Source of the DNA: an uncultured delta proteobacterium
Lineage (GTDB): Bacteria > Desulfobacterota > Syntrophia > Syntrophales > UBA5619
Assembly (NCBI GenBank): GCA_963817385.1
Contig: CAWFOM010000005.1
Span: forward strand, 480,001 to 544,000
Reading direction: 5' to 3'
DNA: 64,000 nucleotides
Of this stretch, positions 10,844 through 18,467 are shown one piece after another. Position 1 is the first letter of the stretch. Every line of letters begins with the position of its first letter. The notes beneath the pieces were generated by a model. The model did not search any database. It was not told the DNA's origin and saw only the letters and a program-made list of their open reading frames with translations. The translations under genes were made by a program, and so were the position numbers.

Positions 10844-11245
10844 ATGGATACAAATGTTGAATATCAGAAGAAACCGGCCGCGGTCCCCGCAGAAACGGAG
10901 AGAACCAGGAACCGGAAGGTATATGTGCCGAAGGTGGATATCATTGAAACCGGCGATGCCATGGTGATGCATGCCGACATGCCCGGCGCGGATGAAAAAT
11001 CGGTCGAGGTGATCTTGGAGAAAAACATCCTCACGATTCGGGGATCGGTTGTGCCTCAGGAATTCAGGGGGCGGAGCATCTTTTACGCCGAATATGACGT
11101 AGGAGATTATGAACGTTCCTTCACCGTCTCCGACGAGGTGGACCGCAACCGGATCGAGGCGGTAGTAAAAAACGGTCTTTTGAAGCTTATCCTGCACAAA
11201 ATCCCGAAGGTTGAAGCAAAGAAGATTACTGTCCGGACGGAGTGA
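10844..11245 (+). CDS. Hsp20/alpha-crystallin small heat-shock protein
   Basis: PKVDIIET, ADMPGAD, GDYERSF, KNGLLKL; RBS GGAGG. Confidence 0.92.
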   Translation: MDTNVEYQKKPAAVPAETERTRNRKVYVPKVDIIETGDAMVMHADMPGADEKSVEVILEKNILTIRGSVVPQEFRGRSIFYAEYDVGDYERSFTVSDEVDRNRIEAVVKNGLLKLILHKIPKVEAKKITVRTE

Positions 11246-11261
11246 ACCGGGCGTTTCCTTC

Positions 11262-11290
11262 CCCCGGAGGGGTTCCCCTCCGGGGTTTTT
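11262..11290 (+). terminator. Intrinsic terminator between convergent hsp20 and yjbQ
   Basis: CCCCGGAGGG-GTTC-CCCTCCGGGG followed by TTTTT. Confidence 0.8.
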
Positions 11291-11685
11291 CAGTCGGCGG
11301 TCAGTTTGACCAGCACCTTTCTTGTTCTGGGCCCATCGAATTCACAGAAGAAAAGCGATTGCCACGTCCCGAGGACGAGGCTGCCGTCTTCGATGAGCAT
11401 GGTCTGGGAAGAGCCGAATAGCGAGGCCTTGACGTGGGCGGCTGCGTTCCCCTCCGCATGCTGGTAACGTTCGGAAAGCGGGACGATCCGGTCGAGGGCC
11501 GCGAGGATATCGCGCGGAACATCCGGATCGGCATTCTCGTTGATCGTGACTGCCGCCGTGGTATGAGGGACGAACGCATGACAGACCCCTTGCTTGATCC
11601 CGCTTTCCCGAACCAGCGCAGCCACGCGGCCCGTGATGTCGATCATTTCAAACCGGGCCGCGGTCTTGATGGTGAGTAGTGTCAT
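11290..11685 (-). CDS. yjbQ: YjbQ family protein (secondary thiamine-phosphate synthase)
   Basis: PHTTAAVTINENADPDV, HAEGNAAAHVKASL, LGTWQSLFFCEFDGPR. Confidence 0.92.
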   Translation of the reverse strand: MTLLTIKTAARFEMIDITGRVAALVRESGIKQGVCHAFVPHTTAAVTINENADPDVPRDILAALDRIVPLSERYQHAEGNAAAHVKASLFGSSQTMLIEDGSLVLGTWQSLFFCEFDGPRTRKVLVKLTAD

Positions 11686-11718
11686 CCGTTCCTCCTTTGA
11701 ATTCGGCAACGAGCGTAT

Positions 11719-12513
11719 TTACCGCGGCTTGTCGCGGACTCCTATTTTGCCCTGCCATGTTTCAGGTGCCGTTAATGCGGCATGGAGCCTCCGGCCGATC
11801 GTCAGGCCGCGGTCGATGAAATCGGGTCCGTATTCCCTCCCCGTCGGTGTCCGGAAACTATCTCGGATCTTCCGTATCCCCTCGATGCCGGGGAGAAAAC
11901 GGGGGATGAGCGCTTGCAGGGGCACGCGCCGGGGAGCGACCATCGCCCAAAGGGTTTCGGTAAAATTATCCGGCCCCCAGCGGAACTTGTCCGCATCATA
12001 GAGGGCGTCGGACAGGAGCTGAGCCGCGCGACCGGCCACATTCCGGCAGGGCCGGAAAGCCTCATGGTTGCGGATGGCGTCGGCGATGCCCGCACGTTCC
12101 TCATGCAGAACGGAAAACGAAGCCAGAAGCTTTTCCGCCTCTTCAGCCCCCCGCTCTGCATGCTCCTTCTCCGTCCGGCGGATGTCGTGGAGGATGCCGG
12201 CAAGCTGGGCCAGGAAGACCAAACGTCGGACGCGGGCATCAGGGGCGGCGTCTCCCTCCTCGATGAGGATCAGGGCGCCGATGTCGATGGCCACCTTTTC
12301 GACATGGATGGTTCCGTGACCGAGGCATGCACCCCGCTCCGCAACGATCCGGAGCCCCGTTGCAACGAGCGGCTCAGCGGCAAACAGTTCCCGGGAGAGC
12401 GCAACCTCCCGGGCCTTCTCGATATAGAAGCGGGGAGTACCGACTTCAGCGGCGATCCTCCGGGAAAGATCGATGGCCAGCCGGTATTCCTGATCCGGCA
12501 TTGGTGCCTCCAT
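11719..12513 (-). CDS. HD-domain metal-dependent phosphohydrolase
   Basis: GHG..H..KV, LHDIRR, IRNHE, LYDADKF metal-binding pattern. Confidence 0.8.
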   Translation of the reverse strand: MEAPMPDQEYRLAIDLSRRIAAEVGTPRFYIEKAREVALSRELFAAEPLVATGLRIVAERGACLGHGTIHVEKVAIDIGALILIEEGDAAPDARVRRLVFLAQLAGILHDIRRTEKEHAERGAEEAEKLLASFSVLHEERAGIADAIRNHEAFRPCRNVAGRAAQLLSDALYDADKFRWGPDNFTETLWAMVAPRRVPLQALIPRFLPGIEGIRKIRDSFRTPTGREYGPDFIDRGLTIGRRLHAALTAPETWQGKIGVRDKPR

Positions 12514-12790
12514 TCGAGATGATCGAAATGCGATAAATCAGGCTGCGGTGAACCTTGAAGGGCTTTTCCGGAGCCATTGAACCAGCCGTCTCCCGCAGTA
12601 TACCGGTATGCCATCCTTGATTCTGATTGGAGATTTTACCGACTTTTCATAAGCGCATCAATAGTTATCTTCAGCAAGCCTCTTTCCCCGGCGTCGGTAT
12701 GGCTTGTGGTAGAAGCGCCGGCTTTTGCGGAGGACTTTTCCAAGCTTCTGTGCGAGCAGGCGGCAGTGCCGTCTTCCCGGGAGCTTTTGC

Positions 12791-12820
12791 TTGACAACCC
12801 CGCCGGCATAGTTCGATAAT
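12791..12820 (+). promoter_or_regulatory. Putative sigma70 promoter for acetate-CoA ligase
   Basis: TTGACA-18 bp-GATAAT. Confidence 0.4.
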
Positions 12821-12945
12821 CCCGCCGCATCCGCGGCATGACAGCTGATAAAAAGCTTGTTTTTCTCCTGTCCAGCGGGGGCAGGCCGGTTATGAAACAG
12901 GTGCCGCGCACCGGTAAAATAGACATCAATAACGAAAGGAAAGGC

Positions 12946-15105
12946 ATGAACAATCTTGATGCAATTTTTTCTCCCGAATCCGTCGCCATCATAGGCGCAT
13001 CTACAACGCCGGGAAAGGTCGGACATGACATCTTCGCCAATATTCTCCATGGCGGTTTCAAGGGGACCCTCTATCCGGTCAATCCCAAGGCCAAATCGAT
13101 TCTGAGTGTCAAAACATTTCCCTCGATCAAGGCAATTGCCGATAGTGTCGATCTTGCCATCATCATCCTGCCTCCCAAACTCTGTATCAACGCGGTGCAG
13201 GAGGCGATCGAAAAGGAGGTCAAGGGGATCGTGATCGTCTCCGCCGGTTTCCGCGAGGTGGGAGGAGAGGGGCTGGAGATCGAGAACCGGATCGTCTCCC
13301 TCTGCAAGGAGGCCAAGGTCCGCCTCGTCGGTCCCAACTGCCTCGGCGTGATCAATCCTCTTCCCGACGTCAGCATGAATGCGAGTTTCTCCCGGAGGAT
13401 GCCCGCCTGCGGCAACATTTCGTTCATCTCCCAGAGCGGGGCGCTCTGCACCGCCGTTCTCGATTTTGCCGCGGACCGCGACTTCGGCTTCTCGAAATTC
13501 ATCTCCATCGGCAACAAAGCGGATGTCGACGAGTTGGATCTGCTCCTCTATTTCCATAACGACCTCAATACGGCGGTTATCATCCTCTACCTCGAGGAGC
13601 TCCGGAAGGGGCGGGAATTTATCGAAGCGGTAAAGGAGATCACCTCCGGCCACCGTCCCACACCGGTGATCATCATCAAGTCGGGCCGGACCAGCGCCGG
13701 CGCTCAGGCAGCTGCCTCTCACACCGGCGCCCTCGCCGGGACGGAGGCGGTCTACGACGCCATCTTCAAACAGGCGGGGATCATCCGGGCCGACTCTATC
13801 GCCGAGCTCTTCGATTTTGCCAACGCCTTTGCCTACAAGCACGAAAGCGCCCTCGGCAAGGCGCGGCGGAAGATCCCCGGCGGGAAACGGGTCGCCATCG
13901 TGACCAATGCCGGTGGCCCCGGGATTCTTGCGACGGACATGACCGTCTCCTCCGACCTCGAGCTGGCGATATTCAAGCAGGAGACGATCGATGAGCTGGC
14001 GAGCTGCCTTCCCACGACGGCCAACATCCATAATCCCGTGGACGTCATCGGGGACGCACCTTCCGACCGTTATGAAAACGCCCTTTCCGCCGTGATCAAG
14101 GACGAGGGGGTGGACGGCGCCTTGGTCATCCTGACCCCGCAGTCGATGACGAACGCCCTGGGGACGGCCGAGGCGATCGTTCGCGTCGCCCGCCGCTCCC
14201 CCAAGCCGATCCTCTGCTGCTTCATGGGAGTGGTCGACGTCTCCGCCGGTGTGAAATACCTCCAGGAACACGGCTATCCGGTCTACACGTTTCCCGAGGA
14301 CGCGGCCAAGGCCATGGGAGCGCTCTACAAGTACTCCCACTGGCTGAACCGCGAGCACCTTCCGCCGTTCGAGCTCCAATCCGACCGGGCTGCCGCGGAG
14401 GCGGTGATCCAGGGTTGTCTCGCTGCCGGGAAGACCCGCCTGGGCGAGATTGACGGCCTGGAACTTCTGAAGTGCTACGGTTTCAATACGCTGCCGACGA
14501 AACTCGCGAAGGATGAGGCCGAGGCGATGCGGATCGCCGAAGAGATCGGTTTCCCGGTCGTCATGAAGATCGTCTCTCCGCAGATCCTCCACAAATCGGA
14601 TGCGGGGGGCGTCGTCGTCGGGGTCAAGACGAAGGAGGAGGCGAGCCAGGTCTTCACCCGGATCATGACGAGTGCAAGGGCCTTCGATCCCGCGGCCGTG
14701 ATCGAAGGCGTACTTGTCCAGCAGATGGCCGTGCGGGGCGATGAGGTGATCCTCGGGATGAACCGCTATCCCGTGGGACCGCTGATCATGGTCGGTCTGG
14801 GCGGCATCTTCGTCGAGCTCTTCAAGGACGTCGTCTTCCGGCTTGCCCCCGTCGACCGCGACGAGGCGCATCGGATGGTCAGCGAGATCAGAGGGTACAA
14901 GATATTCACCGGATTCCGCGGTCGCCCGAAGTCCGATGTCGAAACCCTGGAGAAGAACCTGGTACGGCTCTCCGATATGGTCGTCAACCACCCGGAGATC
15001 GTCGAGCTCGACATCAATCCGCTTCTGGTCCACGAGGAGGGGAAGGGGGCGACGGTCGCCGACTGCCGGATCATCCTCGATCCGGGAGGAAAGCCGGGCA
15101 AATAA
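12946..15105 (+). CDS. Acetate/acyl--CoA ligase (ADP-forming), fused alpha-beta
   Basis: CoA-binding SVAIIGAS, GPNCLG, SQSGAL, phospho-His motif AASHTGALAG, NPVD, ATP-grasp HKSDAGGV, ELDINPL. Confidence 0.92.
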   Translation: MNNLDAIFSPESVAIIGASTTPGKVGHDIFANILHGGFKGTLYPVNPKAKSILSVKTFPSIKAIADSVDLAIIILPPKLCINAVQEAIEKEVKGIVIVSAGFREVGGEGLEIENRIVSLCKEAKVRLVGPNCLGVINPLPDVSMNASFSRRMPACGNISFISQSGALCTAVLDFAADRDFGFSKFISIGNKADVDELDLLLYFHNDLNTAVIILYLEELRKGREFIEAVKEITSGHRPTPVIIIKSGRTSAGAQAAASHTGALAGTEAVYDAIFKQAGIIRADSIAELFDFANAFAYKHESALGKARRKIPGGKRVAIVTNAGGPGILATDMTVSSDLELAIFKQETIDELASCLPTTANIHNPVDVIGDAPSDRYENALSAVIKDEGVDGALVILTPQSMTNALGTAEAIVRVARRSPKPILCCFMGVVDVSAGVKYLQEHGYPVYTFPEDAAKAMGALYKYSHWLNREHLPPFELQSDRAAAEAVIQGCLAAGKTRLGEIDGLELLKCYGFNTLPTKLAKDEAEAMRIAEEIGFPVVMKIVSPQILHKSDAGGVVVGVKTKEEASQVFTRIMTSARAFDPAAVIEGVLVQQMAVRGDEVILGMNRYPVGPLIMVGLGGIFVELFKDVVFRLAPVDRDEAHRMVSEIRGYKIFTGFRGRPKSDVETLEKNLVRLSDMVVNHPEIVELDINPLLVHEEGKGATVADCRIILDPGGKPGK

Positions 15106-15449
15106 ACGGTGGAAGTGGGACCGAGCGGCCAGTCCCGCTTGTTTCGTGAGATGGGAGGCTGCTGTCATGATCTCGGCGTATTCGGGCCGGTGGGCGAGGT
15201 CGTAGGTCAGGGCGACTGCATTCATCGACGGCCTGATCAGGGGGGTGATCCACGACGCCTCCCACCCGTTGCCGGTGAAAAAGGGCATTGAACCGTCGTT
15301 GGGAACATCTCGACGTTGCGATGAGCGATATCAGACGAAAGGAAATTCTCATTGACATCCCGGAGCCGCTTTGTTAATGGGTAACAGACGGGGTTGGCGC
15401 CATAATATTCTAATAAATTCAAAGATATCAATGTAAAAGGGAGCGGAAC

Positions 15450-16982
15450 ATGGACCTGCGCAGCTTCACCGTTTACGATATATTCAAAAGAAACGCGCTC
15501 GTATTCAACAAGAGGGTGGCGATACAGGCCGAAGAGCGCCGGGTCACGTTCGGGGAGCTTTATGACGAGACGCATGCCGTCATCGGCGCACTGGCGTCCC
15601 GGGGGATTCAGCGGGGCGACCGGATCGCCGTTCTGACCAAGAACCGTCCCGAATTTTTTCCTTTGCTCGGCGCCATAGCGGCTCTGGGGGCGATCATCGT
15701 GCCGATTAACGCACGGCTTACCGCCGACGAGATCCGGCACATCCTGGCCGATACGCAGCCGGTGCTGTTTTTTTTCGAGCCCGATTTTGAAAAGATGTTC
15801 CCGGAGCTGGTGCCCGGTTGCGCCTCCGTGAAAGAACTGATCGTCTTCGGGAATGCGGGAGGGACCTATACCGCATTCGATTCGCTTCTGAATCATCCGG
15901 CGGGAACGGCGGTCGCCGTCACCGACGGGGAGCCGCTCGTCATCATCCACACCGCGGCGATTCAGGGGAAGCCCCACGGCGCCATGCTGACCCACCGAAA
16001 CCTCGTCGCCTGTTCGATCCATACAATCGGCGCACTCGGTTTGAGCTATGACGGCGCCTATCTGAATATCCTGCCCCTCTTTCATATCGCCGGTCTGATG
16101 GCCGGTTTGACGATGCTGCATGCTGGTGGGAAGAACCTGCTCATCGCAAAATACGATCCGGTGGCGGCCGGCAAGCTGATCGATCGGGAAAAGGTCTCCT
16201 TCATCGGCAATTTCCCGCCCATCCTGACCCAGTTGCTCGACGCGCAGGCCGCCGGCGAATGCAGCCTTTCCACACTGAAGCAGGTTATCGGCGTGGAATT
16301 GCCGGATACGGTCAAGCGATTCGAGAAACTCGGCACCGGGCGGTTCTGGCTCGCATACGGCCAGACCGAGACCATGGGGTTGACATGCTTCTGTTCGAAC
16401 GCGGAGAGGCCCGGGTCCGCCGGAAGGCCGGGCCCCTTGGTGGACCTGATGATCGCCGACGATGCCGACCGCGAAGTCGATCCGGGGAAACCGGGGGAGA
16501 TCCTGGTTCGGGGACCGCTCGTGTTCGTGGGATACTGGGGTGATGAGGAGTTGACGAACCATACGTTTCGAGGAGGCTGGCACCATACGGGAGACATCGG
16601 CCGCCTCGATGAAGAGGGGTTCTTGTGGTTTGTGGGAAGGAAGGCGGAAAAGGAACTGATCAAGCCCGGCGGAGAAAATGTCTATCCCGTGGAAGTAGAG
16701 AAAGTGGTTCTTGAGCATCCCGACATTCAGGAAGTTTCCGTGATCGGTGTCCCCGATCCGCGATTTGGGGAGGGGATCAAGGCCGTTTGCGTTCTGAAAC
16801 CGGGAACCCGCTTATCGGAGCAGGAACTGATCGATTTTGTAGCCGGGAGAATCGCCCGCTATAAGAAACCGGGTTATGTCGAATTCGTCGACTCCCTTCC
16901 CAAAACGGGAGACGGTTCCATCGATCGGGCAAAGGTCAAGGCGCTCTACGGCCCCGACGCGAAAGCGCAGGAGGACCACTAA
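15450..16982 (+). CDS. AMP-binding acyl-CoA synthetase (fatty-acid--CoA ligase-like) with divergent A3 motif
   Basis: LPLFHIAG, YGQTET, GEILVRGP, HTGDIG, IKPGGENVYPVEVE; the A3 loop reads HTAAIQGKPHG. Confidence 0.88.
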   Translation: MDLRSFTVYDIFKRNALVFNKRVAIQAEERRVTFGELYDETHAVIGALASRGIQRGDRIAVLTKNRPEFFPLLGAIAALGAIIVPINARLTADEIRHILADTQPVLFFFEPDFEKMFPELVPGCASVKELIVFGNAGGTYTAFDSLLNHPAGTAVAVTDGEPLVIIHTAAIQGKPHGAMLTHRNLVACSIHTIGALGLSYDGAYLNILPLFHIAGLMAGLTMLHAGGKNLLIAKYDPVAAGKLIDREKVSFIGNFPPILTQLLDAQAAGECSLSTLKQVIGVELPDTVKRFEKLGTGRFWLAYGQTETMGLTCFCSNAERPGSAGRPGPLVDLMIADDADREVDPGKPGEILVRGPLVFVGYWGDEELTNHTFRGGWHHTGDIGRLDEEGFLWFVGRKAEKELIKPGGENVYPVEVEKVVLEHPDIQEVSVIGVPDPRFGEGIKAVCVLKPGTRLSEQELIDFVAGRIARYKKPGYVEFVDSLPKTGDGSIDRAKVKALYGPDAKAQEDH

Positions 16983-17024
16983 GGCTCATGTAGTAGAACA
17001 TTCCATTTTTCCTTCCGAATCCTG

Positions 17025-17052
17025 TTGACATATTCGGCAAAGTGGGTACAAT
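17025..17052 (+). promoter_or_regulatory. Sigma70 promoter for tRNA-Arg
   Basis: TTGACA-16 bp-TACAAT followed by the GC-rich discriminator GGCCGCCC. Confidence 0.7.
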
Positions 17053-17135
17053 GGCCGCCCATCGTCGAGAGGGAGAGCAGGAAGGTGGTTTGTATCCCTC
17101 GGGGTAACATTTCGATGGTGAGTGGATACGGATCC

Positions 17136-17213
17136 GCGCCCATGGCTCAGTCTGGATAGAGCGTCAGACTACGAATCTGAATGTCGGAGGTTCGAATCCT
17201 CCTGGGCGCGCCA
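17136..17213 (+). tRNA. tRNA-Arg (anticodon ACG)
   Basis: Acceptor GCGCCCA/TGGGCGC, anticodon arm TCAGA-CT-ACG-AA-TCTGA, T loop GGTTCGAATCC, encoded CCA. Confidence 0.97.
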
Positions 17214-17216
17214 TAC

Positions 17217-17247
17217 CAAGGGCTTCCGAAAGGGAGCCCTTGTTTAT
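17217..17247 (+). terminator. Intrinsic terminator after tRNA-Arg
   Basis: CAAGGGCTTCC-GAAA-GGGAGCCCTTG then TTTAT. Confidence 0.75.
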
Positions 17248-17261
17248 ATTTCCACAGGTCT

Positions 17262-17296
17262 CTACAGAATCTGAATGTTGGAGATTCGAATCCTCC
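17262..17296 (+). repeat. Degenerate copy 1 of the tRNA-Arg 3' half (att-like scar)
   Basis: GAATCTGAATGTTGGAGATTCGAATCCTCC matches the tRNA at 28/30 positions. Confidence 0.8.
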
Positions 17297-17378
17297 AGCC
17301 CCTCTTTTGACCGGACACCGGTAATCTGTAAATAAAATGTAGGAATAGCTATAGCTCTCGTCAAGAAAATTTTGCTGT

Positions 17379-17525
17379 TCATCTACTACTAAATGATTTT
17401 GAATTGGCGAGATGATTGATGAAAAGCGCTTCCTCCCGATCGTTTGCTTTACTGCCTATAATGAGCAAGGACATGATTGAGACACCATATAATGCTAATG
17501 CCGATAAGATAATGATCCATATCAT
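17379..17525 (-). CDS. Putative 48-aa single-pass membrane peptide
   Basis: Manual translation MIWIIILSALALYGVSIMSLLIIGSKANDREEALFINHLANSKSFSSR; hydrophobic N-terminal helix; AGGA upstream. Confidence 0.5.
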   Translation of the reverse strand: MIWIIILSALALYGVSIMSLLIIGSKANDREEALFINHLANSKSFSSR

Positions 17526-17743
17526 TTCTGCATCCTACCAAAGGTCCTTCCGGATTGACGTGATCTGTTTCCCAATTTCCTGGAATACCTCGCTATGGAG
17601 GCTTGGACCATTGGCAGGATGTTTCTTCCCGTGGCCGTAGTGGCGGGACAGTAATTGAGGGAAATATATTTGGAGATTAAGGAAATTTTGGCCATTCATT
17701 ACCCCTCGAAAAAGTGGATCTCAATGTGTAAGATGAGGGTAGT

Positions 17744-18031
17744 TTAGTTGATAGTTTCAATTGTTGCCTCCGTGCTCAATCGATGGTAATCTTGCCCATC
17801 CAAGAGGTGAGATAAAACGTCTATGCTGCTGCCGAGCAGAGAAAAAATGCGTAATTCACTATCTTTATGACCGAAATTGTAAATAATTTTACCAAACCCA
17901 TTAGCACTCATTTCAGCGGTTTTAAGGAAAAGCGAATTTAACAAGTCTTGGTTGCCTGTCCTAATCACAACCTTTGAATGGCTTGTCCAATCTTTGGTTT
18001 GATTAATTATCAAACATCCGAAACCTGACAT
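17744..18031 (-). CDS. Hypothetical protein (95 aa) in the tRNA-bounded islet
   Basis: Open frame in AT-rich DNA with AAGGGAGA RBS and a sigma54-type promoter ~55 bp upstream; no recognisable family. Confidence 0.55.
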   Translation of the reverse strand: MSGFGCLIINQTKDWTSHSKVVIRTGNQDLLNSLFLKTAEMSANGFGKIIYNFGHKDSELRIFSLLGSSIDVLSHLLDGQDYHRLSTEATIETIN

Positions 18032-18084
18032 TAGTCCGTCTCCCTTAAATATTTTTTGCCTGATCAGAACATGGTGAACAGATC

Positions 18085-18100
18085 TGCAAATTTAAGGCCA
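18085..18100 (-). promoter_or_regulatory. Putative sigma54 (-24/-12) promoter
   Basis: TGGCCT-TAAAT-TTGCA on the minus strand; an IHF consensus match AATCAATTAGTTA lies at 18116-18128. Confidence 0.6.
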
Positions 18101-18172
18101 GAAAATCAATTCATCTAACTAATTGATTTAATTAGATATAAAATATCGATATATTTACCTCTCATAATGACT

Positions 18173-18280
18173 TGTAAAGAATTCCGACATTTCCAATAAA
18201 GCGATATCGGTGTACGGCTGAATATATATTTAAAATACAGCAAGATAGATTTATATTGAAAAGTGTAAAAAATTCCGACA
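18173..18280. promoter_or_regulatory. Two 17-bp direct repeats (TGT-N11-ACA), candidate enhancer sites
   Basis: TGTAAAGAATTCCGACA (18173-18189) and TGTAAAAAATTCCGACA (18264-18280), 16/17 identical. Confidence 0.55.
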
Positions 18281-18328
18281 CTTTCCCGCTGTTTTTACAT
18301 GCATATCGGTCATTCGCTATTCTGTTCG

Positions 18329-18402
18329 GAATCTGAATGTCGGAGATTAGAATCTTCTTGGGTGCACCATATGTGAGGGCGTCCGAAGGGAAGCCTTTTT
18401 TT
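18329..18402 (+). repeat. Degenerate copy 2 of the tRNA-Arg 3' half plus terminator-like hairpin (attR-like)
   Basis: 35/41 identity to the tRNA from the anticodon loop through CCA, followed by AGGGCGTCCGAAGGGAAGCCTTTTTTT, which resembles the tRNA terminator. Confidence 0.85.
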
Positions 18403-18467
18403 ATCTACGGACCGCTACGCGTTAATAGACGCTCGGATGGAGTCGAACGTGTCATCGCCGCCCCCCT

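Noticed and set aside
12658..15288. 876-aa minus-strand ORF
   Set aside because: Antisense shadow of the acetate-CoA ligase; no motifs; typical of GC-rich codon bias.
17096..17123. GGGTAACATTT...TGAG upstream of tRNA-Arg resembling the IS end motif at 19770-19791
   Set aside because: Only an 11-bp exact match, the TGCCTCA half is poor, and the orientation is wrong for a composite transposon; may be chance.
17262..18369. tRNA-like fragments as functional tRNAs or as a CRISPR-like array
   Set aside because: They lack the 5' half and D-arm; spacing is irregular (~94 bp and ~1060 bp); no cas genes.
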